IMG/VR virus record: IMGVR_UViG_3300027770_000003 | Direction: 5' to 3' (one strand) | DNA from: an uncultured virus (IMG/VR IMGVR_UViG_3300027770_000003) | Taxonomy: Duplodnaviria > Heunggongvirae > Uroviricota > Caudoviricetes | DNA: 64,000 nucleotides | Shown: piece after piece, positions 54,254 through 63,657 of the stretch | How positions within the stretch are numbered: position 1 is the first letter of the stretch | How the letters are laid out: each line of letters starts with the position of its first letter | Notes under the pieces: generated by a model | Seen by the model: only the letters and a program-made list of their open reading frames with translations | Databases searched by the model: none | Told to the model about the DNA's origin: nothing | Position numbers and translations under genes: made by a program

Positions 54254-55339
54254 TTATGAGGAAGCGATTGCTCCACCCTTGGTATTGATAACAACACGGG
54301 ATTCTCCAGTGATCATACCGAAGCCCCAAATTGCGTACCAAGCGAGACCATGCTCACGACCAAAGTCAATGACACCACCGTCACGGAGTTCCACTGGCAA
54401 AGCAATGGCATGTCCGAAGGCGTTGTCACCAATCATCAAGGCGCTGTATGACGCTGCGGCTGGTGCTTGTACACCTGTTGCTGCTGAGTCAATATCTGCT
54501 GGGCCACCACCCTGTTTAACTTGGGTGGTCTCAATGAACACTACGTCATAGAGGCGACCAATTTCACCAAGCATGAAGTTACCAGGAGCGGCATACTTCG
54601 TTACTTCAATGAATTCAGGCCAGTCACGGAGCGCACGGCTCTGCGATGGGTGAACGAAGCACACGTATGTGTCGCCAAGGCGTGGAATGTTCTGACCAGC
54701 CAAAATCTCAACAGCGTCCTTAATGGATGCTGGCGAGAGGTAGCCTGGGTTTGTTGCATCACCCAAGGTGCCTGCATCGTATGGTGCAATTGAACCACGA
54801 GTAGAGCCAAGAGTCTTGCGACCAAAGACTACTGCTGGAGGAACTGCTGAACCACCTGCGAAAGGAACTGCGTTTGTGTAAAGGGTGTTGCGAGCCTGAA
54901 TGTCCATAGACTGTGCCATGTGACGACCAAGCAAACGACTTGACGATGCCATGACATCATCAAACGATGCGTTGAGCAACAGTTCGGTGACAGCAAGAGC
55001 CTTGCCTTGTTCGCCAACCGTGATTTGAATCTGTGATGCTGACAAGGAGGTTGGCTCCATGCGAACACCTTCAGTCAAGGTTGCGCCTGTGGATTCATCC
55101 GTTGCAATATTGCTGTAACGCATGAAGTTGATTGTCAAACCTGGTTGAACACCGAGTTCCGTTTTCTTAACAGCGAACTGCTCAAAACGAAGTACTGGCA
55201 TTGCTTGGAACAAAATCTCTTTTGACCAAATTTGCTGAATTGCTGGTGAAAGTGTTGCATCACTTGAGTAGCCTGTCGTCGTGATTGACGCAAGATTTGC
55301 TCCTGTAATCGCTCCACCTTGTGGGCCTGGAAGTGCCAT
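54254..55339 (-). CDS. Major capsid protein (N4-gp56-like family)
   Basis: LTEGV, FVHPSQ..LR, GEIGRLYDVVFIET, DFGREHGLAWY. Confidence 0.9.
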   Translation of the reverse strand: MALPGPQGGAITGANLASITTTGYSSDATLSPAIQQIWSKEILFQAMPVLRFEQFAVKKTELGVQPGLTINFMRYSNIATDESTGATLTEGVRMEPTSLSASQIQITVGEQGKALAVTELLLNASFDDVMASSSRLLGRHMAQSMDIQARNTLYTNAVPFAGGSAVPPAVVFGRKTLGSTRGSIAPYDAGTLGDATNPGYLSPASIKDAVEILAGQNIPRLGDTYVCFVHPSQSRALRDWPEFIEVTKYAAPGNFMLGEIGRLYDVVFIETTQVKQGGGPADIDSAATGVQAPAAASYSALMIGDNAFGHAIALPVELRDGGVIDFGREHGLAWYAIWGFGMITGESRVVINTKGGAIASS

Positions 55340-55375
55340 AATTTCTCCTTAGTAACTAATGGATATAAACTTTAT

Positions 55376-56164
55376 TTAGAATCGCCCCTTAGGACGAGAA
55401 TTGAGTAACCTGTCACGCATTTTAACATACTGATCCATTGTCATATTTCGGATGTCATCCGCATTCAACGATTGGTATTCCGTTTGAGTTTCCATAGGCC
55501 CAACAGATGGTGACGTTACCGCCGCACCTTTAACACGACTCGGCTGAGTCGCTTGCTGGATACTACTGATTATAGCAGCACTCCGCTGACGAAGGATTTC
55601 CACAGATGCTTCAATCTCTTCTGGGGTATTGCCTGCTACTAAGTCAATCAACTCTGGGATGATTTCCTCTTGTGCTTCATGGATTCGTCGTTGACGATAA
55701 GTCTCAAGTTCACGCAATTGGCGCTCTTTATCAAGGAGTGCTTCTTGTGCATGACGCTCTTGCTCAATAGCCTGAAAGCGTGTTTGCCATTCCTGATCAA
55801 TGTTCTTGATCTTGACATTGAACTCATCTTCAGTGCGCTTGAGGAGTTCTTTTGCACTCAACTCATCAAACTCTCGTGCACGACGGATTTCCTCTTCCTT
55901 ACGGGAAATCTCAGTTGCTTCTCTAATTGCCTTTTCACGCTCGGTAGCAAGTGTTGAGATTTGTTCTTCCATGCCTTTGTAGCGACTTTCAGCCTCTTCC
56001 AAACGCTTGTAGAGTTTATCTTTTTCTTGCTTGCGGATGCTTTCAACTTCATCTTCAGTGAAAGTCTTTCCTTTTTGCTGCGGTGCAACTTGTTCAACCG
56101 CTTCATTAAAGGCTTCAACAGCCTCTACGGGAATAAGGATTTCATCATTACTGTGCTTTGCCAT
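55376..56164 (-). CDS. Scaffolding protein
   Basis: Long coiled coil between the portal and capsid genes. Confidence 0.8.
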   Translation of the reverse strand: MAKHSNDEILIPVEAVEAFNEAVEQVAPQQKGKTFTEDEVESIRKQEKDKLYKRLEEAESRYKGMEEQISTLATEREKAIREATEISRKEEEIRRAREFDELSAKELLKRTEDEFNVKIKNIDQEWQTRFQAIEQERHAQEALLDKERQLRELETYRQRRIHEAQEEIIPELIDLVAGNTPEEIEASVEILRQRSAAIISSIQQATQPSRVKGAAVTSPSVGPMETQTEYQSLNADDIRNMTMDQYVKMRDRLLNSRPKGRF

Positions 56165-56222
56165 AATTTTCTCCTATGTGTTGTTTAGCAAATACTGAAT
56201 TAACTTGAATTATATAAACGTA

Positions 56223-57914
56223 TTATTTATCTTCATCAGGGATTCGGCGTTGAGCGAATCTTGCGCCGTATGCCCTGCTAGTCATTTGGTTCATCAGTTC
56301 CATTTCTACTGGTGGGACACCAGCACCTGGAAGCACTCCGCCCCCTTGAGGACTTCCTGCACTACTAACATTAGCACCTCCAGCGGACACGTTTTCTAAG
56401 CCTCCGCCTTGAGGCAATAATCCTGTAGCCATCATTACTGCTTGACCAATTTGGGCACGAAGCATATCTAGTGCACCTTGGTCAAGAGCATCATCTCGTA
56501 GTTCTTCAAAGATTTCAACCATCTTCTCGTTTGGAAACTCTTCTCCAAGGAGAGCCAACGCTCCACGCTTGGACTCAATGCCGAGAGCCATCTTTGCTTG
56601 CACTTCATTAAGTTTGATAAGAGCATCAACTGGCAATGGTTCAGGCCAGTGAATGGTTGTCTTATAAGTGTTTGGGTCATTAGGGTCAAGAACTAGAAGC
56701 ATGTCTGGTTCAGGTTGAGCCGCTTGAGAAGGATCAAACGAAAGCATCTGTGGTTCAAAAATAGAGGCAGTCCTAATGATAATTTCATTAAGTTTTTCAA
56801 GACCATGAGTGAAGTGAATCTTCTTCATTTGGTAACGGTTCATGAGAGGCTGGTATTGGATAGCCAAAGCAACACCTGAAGTATTAGATACTGGTTGGAA
56901 TTGACCAAGGGCAGTTTCAGGAACACCTGTGATTTCGTGCATTGCTCGCTTGATCATTTGAACGTATTCAATTGCTCCAGCCATTTCACCACGAGATTCA
57001 AGGTTGAACACGTTAGCGTCTTTAGGAAGACCTGCCCAAACTTTCTTAGGACCACGCTCTAGTTGTGAAGCCTTTGCACCAGTAATAATCGTTACAGGAG
57101 CAGCGTGGTAGTTAATAATGTCTGAGATTTCAGTCATCTTCTCATTGAGTTCACGGTTTAATTGAATAACATCCCAGATGTCTGATTGACCCCAAGGCGA
57201 AGAAGTTATTGTAATGTTTGGGATGTGGACAACAGGAACCATACCAATTGGGTTTTCATATTGGTCAATCAATTCATCGTTGATAAACTGTTGTACTGAT
57301 TCATCAGTCAAGATCTCAGTAAAGGTATATACCTGACGAGTACCTTCTGGTGATGTTCCCCAAAAGCGATACTTAAGTTTGAACCTAAGAAGTCGTTCTT
57401 TATCGTGTGGGTGATACTCAGGAAAACAATGCGCTGGGTTTAGCGGAAGAATACGAATACGACCTGGCTTTGTCAGACCAGTTGGATCAGTGTACGGCTC
57501 ATCGTATGCAATCTTTACAAAGCAGTCTCCTGTAACAGAGGCAAGTTGTCCCATTTGCCAAAGAAGGTAATGTTTGTTGTTATGGTTATCCCATACTTCA
57601 TGAAGCAGGTGGGGAATAACCGCTTGGTTTTGTTCAGGGACTTTAAACTGGATACCCTTACCAAAACAAAAGTTAGTAATAAAATCAGACATAGTCTTGA
57701 TGTAATTCATCGTGACATTGCTGTCACCCATCTCACGGCGGTGAGACCAGTGGTGACCTAGATACCAAGCCCATGCTGATGAATACCTATTGAGTCTTGG
57801 TCCATGAACTTCAAATTCTTCATCAGCAAGTTCAACTAGTCCCAAAGGACTAATTGCAACAGTTAAATCGCTAGATGCCGCCCTATAAGACGGTGACCAA
57901 AAATCAATAGGCAT
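56223..57914 (-). CDS. Portal protein (SPP1 gp6-like)
   Basis: VTGDCF, PVVHIPN...WGQSD, SNTSGVAL. Confidence 0.9.
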   Translation of the reverse strand: MPIDFWSPSYRAASSDLTVAISPLGLVELADEEFEVHGPRLNRYSSAWAWYLGHHWSHRREMGDSNVTMNYIKTMSDFITNFCFGKGIQFKVPEQNQAVIPHLLHEVWDNHNNKHYLLWQMGQLASVTGDCFVKIAYDEPYTDPTGLTKPGRIRILPLNPAHCFPEYHPHDKERLLRFKLKYRFWGTSPEGTRQVYTFTEILTDESVQQFINDELIDQYENPIGMVPVVHIPNITITSSPWGQSDIWDVIQLNRELNEKMTEISDIINYHAAPVTIITGAKASQLERGPKKVWAGLPKDANVFNLESRGEMAGAIEYVQMIKRAMHEITGVPETALGQFQPVSNTSGVALAIQYQPLMNRYQMKKIHFTHGLEKLNEIIIRTASIFEPQMLSFDPSQAAQPEPDMLLVLDPNDPNTYKTTIHWPEPLPVDALIKLNEVQAKMALGIESKRGALALLGEEFPNEKMVEIFEELRDDALDQGALDMLRAQIGQAVMMATGLLPQGGGLENVSAGGANVSSAGSPQGGGVLPGAGVPPVEMELMNQMTSRAYGARFAQRRIPDEDK

Positions 57915-57952
57915 CAGTTAGACCTTTTCAGCAAAGAGGTAGTAGATCAATA

Positions 57953-58213
57953 CTACTTCTTTTTTGCAACAGTCTTTTTTACAGGTGCTTTTACAGGCGT
58001 GGCTGCAAGTGCTTTTTGTGCCAAGTTAAGCAACAAGGCTGTGTTCTTGTCACCAATCTTTGTAGAAACCAATGAAAGTGCAATAGTTGCTACAGGCATA
58101 ACCATTGCAATTGTCTCTACGGAGACATCGTACTTATTTGCTGCGTAAGTCAAAAGGCCCAAAATGGCTCCCTTTAACGCTGCATCTGCATGTGCTGTCT
58201 TTAAATTACTCAT
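57953..58213 (-). CDS. Small membrane protein (holin-like)
   Basis: Two hydrophobic segments and a basic tail. Confidence 0.5.
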   Translation of the reverse strand: MSNLKTAHADAALKGAILGLLTYAANKYDVSVETIAMVMPVATIALSLVSTKIGDKNTALLLNLAQKALAATPVKAPVKKTVAKKK

Positions 58214-58240
58214 GTTTTCTCCTAGTTTAGGTATACCCGA

Positions 58241-58876
58241 TTATACAGGCTTACGGGTTTTGGTGGTTACCTCATATTCCTGTACATATGAGTGATATGG
58301 TGGACCCGTATACGGATCAAATCTTGCTGAGATAGTAAGGGCTTTTATTGCATTTGTCTTGGCTTGTTGTACGGTTTGCTTTTTATTGTGCGTCAGAACC
58401 TGCATTGCTCCTAAAGCGTAAGAAGATCCTGAGCCAATAACGTAGACACTATTGGCATCTGATGCCCAAGAGTAGTCACCATCAACAATGTATATAACAC
58501 CATTAACAACTACAAGGATTGTTGATCCGTGTTCTGCAATGTGGTCTTTGTCGTCCCTATCTGGGATGGAGTAACCCTGTGTATCAAAGCACTCTCTGAG
58601 TGCAGGTATGAACTTCGCCGTAAAGAATTGGTCCAACTTCTTGCCCTTGAGATTCGCTGGCGGGGTTGGCGGTTGGAAGACATGATGAAGAATGTTGATG
58701 GCTCGTACATCGCCAGCAGCACCGAGTAAATACTTTCCATTAATTGCTACCTTACTTGAGCCTTCCCTGAGTGTTCCTATTTGCGTTGCAAACCCTGTAA
58801 TGTCCATTGCTGATATTCGTGAGTCTACGCAGATGACTGCAAAGCCATCCCCTTGTACCCCAACAATAGTTGTCAT
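58241..58876 (-). CDS. Proteasome-beta / HslV-like Ntn threonine protease
   Basis: N-terminal MTTIVG, DSR, SKV, IGSGS.YALGA, DPYTG. Confidence 0.85.
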   Translation of the reverse strand: MTTIVGVQGDGFAVICVDSRISAMDITGFATQIGTLREGSSKVAINGKYLLGAAGDVRAINILHHVFQPPTPPANLKGKKLDQFFTAKFIPALRECFDTQGYSIPDRDDKDHIAEHGSTILVVVNGVIYIVDGDYSWASDANSVYVIGSGSSYALGAMQVLTHNKKQTVQQAKTNAIKALTISARFDPYTGPPYHSYVQEYEVTTKTRKPV

Positions 58877-58878
58877 GC

Positions 58879-60051
58879 TTACTCCGAAGTGTATTCTTTA
58901 CCTTGATATAACGCCCAACCATCATAGATGGGTATTACATCATAACTAAACCGATGTGCGCCACTGTCTTCGTAGGAGACTACACCCATTCCTTGTTGCC
59001 AGTTTTCGTGACGAATAAGGGGTCGTCCGTCTAAATCCACCCCACCCCTAGTGCTAGGGATAGCCCCGTCAATCCGAGCCAAGCAACCAGGAGAAGCAGC
59101 CATGATAGTTCTCGGACCATCAAAATCTTCTCGTGTTTTAAACGCCGTTTCAATTCTGTGAATGTGCCCATAGATAACACTTGTCTTTTCTTGATTGAGG
59201 TAAACATGTGCTGTTGAGCCTGACGACTTCACACGATCACCATGAATAATTCGGAGTTTCTCATTGACCCAATAATCCGCTGCTGGATAACCTGGACGGT
59301 ATTCCACACCAAACTCATCCATGCGACAAAGGTATGGAACAGACAATACAGGCCAAGAGTCAGGGGTGTTTCCTTTTCGGAGTCCATACGCAGCAGCAGC
59401 ATTCATTACGAGATACTTAGGCATACGCTCTTCATGGTTTCCTGCCAGCCAAATGATTTTTGCATCAGGAGCCATTGCTCGCATTTGTGCACAGAAGAAA
59501 GTTGCACGATCAATTGCTGCTTGAGTAGTTTGTGCATACGAAGGATACACAACATACTTACCCATTTCAGGAAGATCTAAGTTATCCCCAACACAAGCAA
59601 TAACATCAGGCTTAAGTTCTTGAATCATCTTCAAACAAATCATGATTGCCTTTTCATCATGGGTTGGTTCTAGTTGCCCATCACGACCACGAAAGTAACC
59701 AATCTGAATGTCAGGAACAATTACACATGTCTTGAATGCTGAAGTTTTTTTACTTGTTGCTTTAGTAGGTGGTAGTTTGACAGCAGGACCTTGTTGTACA
59801 ACAGGCCATTCAGGACCAGTCTCCCACTTAGGTGAAAGTTGTACGGTGGTAGTAGTCCTAGTTTGAACATCTCCATTCTTGTCTGGAGATAGTGCATGGC
59901 GAATAGATACCTTTTCTACGTTACCTATCTCATCAAGATTAATGTCTTTGGCAACTAACATGTCTGCAATTGCTCCAAGCATTTTGTCCTTACGTTGTTT
60001 TAACTCTTGCTCAGTAGCAAGGGTTGATAGTTTTTCTTGTAGGTTACTCAT
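58879..60051 (-). CDS. Calcineurin-like metallophosphoesterase
   Basis: PDIQ, GDNLD, GNHE, IHG, GHIHR. Confidence 0.85.
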   Translation of the reverse strand: MSNLQEKLSTLATEQELKQRKDKMLGAIADMLVAKDINLDEIGNVEKVSIRHALSPDKNGDVQTRTTTTVQLSPKWETGPEWPVVQQGPAVKLPPTKATSKKTSAFKTCVIVPDIQIGYFRGRDGQLEPTHDEKAIMICLKMIQELKPDVIACVGDNLDLPEMGKYVVYPSYAQTTQAAIDRATFFCAQMRAMAPDAKIIWLAGNHEERMPKYLVMNAAAAYGLRKGNTPDSWPVLSVPYLCRMDEFGVEYRPGYPAADYWVNEKLRIIHGDRVKSSGSTAHVYLNQEKTSVIYGHIHRIETAFKTREDFDGPRTIMAASPGCLARIDGAIPSTRGGVDLDGRPLIRHENWQQGMGVVSYEDSGAHRFSYDVIPIYDGWALYQGKEYTSE

Positions 60052-60341
60052 TTAGTTACTCCCAAATTGTTTGGTAAACATAGGCACTTACTGTCAGTTC
60101 CCTCTCGGAAACACGCACGTTTTTGATTAATTGTTGCCCTAGCAATTGAGAAACCCTCATCAATTAAGGCTTGGTGTATTGCTGTATTGGATGCTGGACT
60201 CTGTAATGCATCAAGCAATGCTGAAGCGGTTACTGTGTCTAACATTTTATGCACTCGTCCTAATGGGCAAGGTGCGTCAACAACTTTGGAAAGTTGTACA
60301 AGACGATTAAGTAATGTCTCTTCTTCGTTACTTTTTGACAT
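60048..60341 (-). CDS. Hypothetical protein (possible HTH/Cys)
   Basis: 97 aa; GGAG RBS. Confidence 0.65.
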   Translation of the reverse strand: MSKSNEEETLLNRLVQLSKVVDAPCPLGRVHKMLDTVTASALLDALQSPASNTAIHQALIDEGFSIARATINQKRACFREGTDSKCLCLPNNLGVTK

Positions 60342-60471
60342 GCTTCTTCTCCAGTTTGTGTCGTTCGTGTTTTAGAACTTCAAGCAATCTAAACAACTCG
60401 TCAGCATCTTGTTGACCTCCAAAGACCTTACTCAGGTAATAGATAATGCTATCAATATCTTGTACACGCAT
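60328..60471 (-). CDS. Small hypothetical protein (47 aa)
   Basis: MRVQDIDSIIYYL...; GAAGG RBS after a promoter. Confidence 0.55.
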   Translation of the reverse strand: MRVQDIDSIIYYLSKVFGGQQDADELFRLLEVLKHERHKLEKKHVKK

Positions 60472-60501
60472 GCAACCACCTTCAGTTGGTCTAGGTCACA
60501 A

Positions 60502-60530
60502 AGCCTAGCCCACATTAAAATATATGTCAA
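60502..60530 (-). promoter_or_regulatory. SigA promoter TTGACA-N17-TAGGCT
   Basis: Perfect -35 box, TANNNT -10 box. Confidence 0.75.
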
Positions 60531-61078
60531 GCAGGTTTTTGTGCCAACACATATGCTACAACAGCAGGTGTTGGAAATGGACCAGTGACAAGTCGGATAT
60601 GCCAAGGCTCTTCTGGAACAACTTCCCAACTGAATCCAAAGTCTTTGATGTTGGCAATCAGCCAGTTCATGCGCTTTGGTTCTGAGGCATTAGCAATATC
60701 AATTGCCAAACCGAGGTTATGCATGGACTTGCCAGGTGTCGCCAGCATCGCCATACCCTTTTTCAGGTACCAGGTTTTTCCTTCAAACGTCTTCGTGCTT
60801 GCTCCTGCAATTGGTTCCAAAACGTAGCGCTGCTTGAAGCCTGCCAGTTGGCTCTCGTAAGTGCGATAGAGGTCGCCAGAGGAAGTGGGCTTGAGTTCAA
60901 TTCCGTCTTCTTTGGCTTTTGCAACCATTGCGTTCCATGCGTCTGCGGCTCGGGTGTGGAGTTTTCCACCTGTTGCGATTTTGACAAGCATTGATTCAGG
61001 CAATTTTCCAGGTTCAACTCCTTTAAGGTTTGGCGGCAATACTACAGGAACTACGTAATCCCAAGCGACTTTACTCAT
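60527..61078 (-). CDS. M15B (VanY-like) peptidase, putative endolysin
   Basis: YRTYESQ, ATPGKSMHNLGLAID, EPWH. Confidence 0.85.
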   Translation of the reverse strand: MSKVAWDYVVPVVLPPNLKGVEPGKLPESMLVKIATGGKLHTRAADAWNAMVAKAKEDGIELKPTSSGDLYRTYESQLAGFKQRYVLEPIAGASTKTFEGKTWYLKKGMAMLATPGKSMHNLGLAIDIANASEPKRMNWLIANIKDFGFSWEVVPEEPWHIRLVTGPFPTPAVVAYVLAQKPA

Positions 61079-61338
61079 TTTTTATCCTTAACTGTTGTTT
61101 CTTTTCCATCTACTTTATTAAAAACATCGTTAATTTCTGCAAGCGTAAGTTTACCATCATCTAAGAATGATCTAGACAATCCCTCAATCACAAAGGCAAC
61201 ACCAGCGATACCTGCCATAAAACAGGCTTTCCATAGAGGTACTCCAGCAATTGCTCCAGCACCAATTACACCTAATCCAGATGCAGCAAAGGTGGCAAGA
61301 ATACGAAGGACAACATTTAAGAGCATATTCTTATTCAT
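61075..61338 (-). CDS. Holin-like membrane protein
   Basis: Two TM segments, DDGKLT; adjacent to the endolysin. Confidence 0.65.
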   Translation of the reverse strand: MNKNMLLNVVLRILATFAASGLGVIGAGAIAGVPLWKACFMAGIAGVAFVIEGLSRSFLDDGKLTLAEINDVFNKVDGKETTVKDKK

Positions 61339-61544
61339 TTCTTGACATGCCAATCAATGTGCTCATTTAAACGATCACTTGTCTTTTCAACCACTTTAGT
61401 AACATGCTGTAGTTGGTTCATAACACCAGCATGATCTTGTTTATTTTCAACATGCATAATGTGAAATTGTCTCATCAGCCAAACAAATCCTGCTGCAAAG
61501 ATTGGAATGATTGCAGCGAAAATGGTTGCCCAGCCTGAATCCAT
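61335..61544 (-). CDS. Membrane-anchored coiled-coil protein (lysis-associated)
   Basis: N-terminal TM; ENKQDH...HIDWH. Confidence 0.6.
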   Translation of the reverse strand: MDSGWATIFAAIIPIFAAGFVWLMRQFHIMHVENKQDHAGVMNQLQHVTKVVEKTSDRLNEHIDWHVKK

Positions 61545-61547
61545 GAT

Positions 61548-62672
61548 TTATGCGCCGAACTGTTCTGAGTTAAGTTTACGACGAACTGGCAGCATCTTTA
61601 CTTCTGAGTATCCTGCATGTATACCTGTTGGGGAACCAACTGGGGCATCAGGATCAAGAGGATGCACAAACGAACTATTTGTTGCTGCCATCCCGTGATA
61701 ACCACCCTTAGTCTGCTTGTGTCGCAGAAGCCCAACTTTTCCACCATGACCAAAAGATTCATCATGCATGCGGGCATCGTATGTATCAGAGTCATACGCT
61801 GGAAATGTTCCTCTAGCACCCGAAGAATCTTCCATTGTCCAAGATGATGGCTTTGCTTGCTTAGTACCTGCCCACACAACTGCTTGAGATGTTCTTCCTG
61901 CTGCCGCCCTTTGCTGAACTCTTCCAACAGGCGTTTGCTCACTGATACTTCCAGTAAGCGTGTAATTAGATGGTGCACTATCTTCAGGCTCGCCTTCGCC
62001 TGGACGAAGCATTCTATTCATTGTTTCTTTTGTGTAATTGGTGTGCGTAAGTAAAGGATGTGTTTTTGCTAAACCAATTGCTCCCATATCTGCTGATCCT
62101 GGTTGATCAAAGTCAGCAACCCAAGGACCAGCAAGAGTTGTGCGGTGCCACGGAACATCTGACCACATGTTTGATCTAATTGCAGGAATTAATCCTAGTT
62201 CTCTAGAAGCCCGTGCACCAGAACGAGTTTGTTGCACAGCCAAAGCCCCAGCAAACTGTGGATTTTCAGCCCAGTACGCAGACCTCGTTTGCTTTGCTAA
62301 TTCCGCAGCACTGTTTGGGCGAGCCATGTGTCCACCAGTTGCATTACATAGTTTTGTACACTCTGGTGTTCGGCAACCAGCACAAGCGTCAAACGAACCG
62401 CTGCTGGTTGCTTGTGCCAAAGACATACCCATTTGATGAGTATGCGATACCAGTAACTCAGAGTGTGATGCGTTCTTAGCAATTTTTCTATTTGCGCTTG
62501 TTTTCCTAGGATCCATATCAGAGATCATGGTAAGACCTGCGCCAGACCCCCTAGACTTTTTAAAGTCATTCCAATCTTTTTCAACCTTAAGAGGGTTTTC
62601 CATTGCCGATCTGTATTCTGACTCGCTGACGGAGTTAACAATGTCAGTTAATGAAGGAAGTTTCTTTGCCAC
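61548..62672 (-). CDS. GP88-like protein
   Basis: C..CRTPECTKLC, IRSNMWSDVPW, NYTK, NYTLTGSISE. Confidence 0.65.
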   Translation of the reverse strand: MAKKLPSLTDIVNSVSESEYRSAMENPLKVEKDWNDFKKSRGSGAGLTMISDMDPRKTSANRKIAKNASHSELLVSHTHQMGMSLAQATSSGSFDACAGCRTPECTKLCNATGGHMARPNSAAELAKQTRSAYWAENPQFAGALAVQQTRSGARASRELGLIPAIRSNMWSDVPWHRTTLAGPWVADFDQPGSADMGAIGLAKTHPLLTHTNYTKETMNRMLRPGEGEPEDSAPSNYTLTGSISEQTPVGRVQQRAAAGRTSQAVVWAGTKQAKPSSWTMEDSSGARGTFPAYDSDTYDARMHDESFGHGGKVGLLRHKQTKGGYHGMAATNSSFVHPLDPDAPVGSPTGIHAGYSEVKMLPVRRKLNSEQFGA

Positions 62673-62675
62673 AAA

Positions 62676-63212
62676 TTACCCCTGATAGTCGTACTGGTCT
62701 TTGCGACCTTTGTTAACATGGATTGAACGCCTACGCATATCTACTGCCTTGAGGAGTCGCCCTTCCTCTTCAGGTTGCACAGTGTCTTTTGCCTTGCGGT
62801 CAAGTGCAGGTTCTTGACTTGAAAAAGCAGCATCAACAGGGTCACCTTCTTGAGCAGTTGGTGTGTAGGCAAATTGAGATTCTTGTAATGTCTCCATACC
62901 GACAAGGTTTTTAGGAACGGCATACCCTGTTGGCTGGAATGTATTTACAGCACCACTACTCTTTAAGTAACTACTGAGGATAAATGGGTGTCGCCGTTCA
63001 CGGATTGTTGGTGGGGGTGCGGCACGAAAAGATGCTTGGAATTCACCCAGACGACTTGGGAACATATATTGTCCCTGTGCTGACAGTCCATAATTTTGGG
63101 CAATGCCTACTGCTAGATCATCGGTTGATGTTAGGGCAGACGAAGTAGAAGTATCACTACCTACATCGCTATCTGATCCGTAATCAACAGAGGCATCACC
63201 ACTGTCGGACAT
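62676..63212 (-). CDS. Hypothetical, putative virion protein
   Basis: 178-aa ORF in the late operon. Confidence 0.65.
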   Translation of the reverse strand: MSDSGDASVDYGSDSDVGSDTSTSSALTSTDDLAVGIAQNYGLSAQGQYMFPSRLGEFQASFRAAPPPTIRERRHPFILSSYLKSSGAVNTFQPTGYAVPKNLVGMETLQESQFAYTPTAQEGDPVDAAFSSQEPALDRKAKDTVQPEEEGRLLKAVDMRRRSIHVNKGRKDQYDYQG

Positions 63213-63214
63213 GA

Positions 63215-63616
63215 TTAGTCGTTAACAACCGTCACGTTAGGGCGGTTCATATGACCACCCGAGTTGTAGGAGTATTCCCACTTAGGCATGTCATCGCCAG
63301 CCATTGCACCTTCAACAAACTCTGAAAGTACGGATGGGGCTTCAACCCATGATGCCGAGCCAACATGTGCTCGCTCACGCATGGTGTCTGCTGCATGCTT
63401 GTAAAACATTTCAGGGTTGTTATGGTTCATTCGCATTGGCGAAGGAGCGGTGTCCTCGTATGCGCCTTGACCAAAGTCGTTTGGAACGTCAGTGTCAGTT
63501 GCTACACCTTCTTCAAAACGCAAAGGTCCTTTATTGCCTGGAATGCTTGGAGCCATCGTGCGCTCAAACATTGATCCGTCCCGCTCTGGGAACATAGGTG
63601 ATGGTGCTACTGTCAT
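63215..63616 (-). CDS. Hypothetical, putative virion protein
   Basis: GPLRFEEGVATDTDVPNDF...ERAHVGSASW; GAGGAG RBS. Confidence 0.7.
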   Translation of the reverse strand: MTVAPSPMFPERDGSMFERTMAPSIPGNKGPLRFEEGVATDTDVPNDFGQGAYEDTAPSPMRMNHNNPEMFYKHAADTMRERAHVGSASWVEAPSVLSEFVEGAMAGDDMPKWEYSYNSGGHMNRPNVTVVND

Positions 63617-63657
63617 GAGTTACTCCTCATAGATAAGGGTTTCCTTAAAGAATATCA

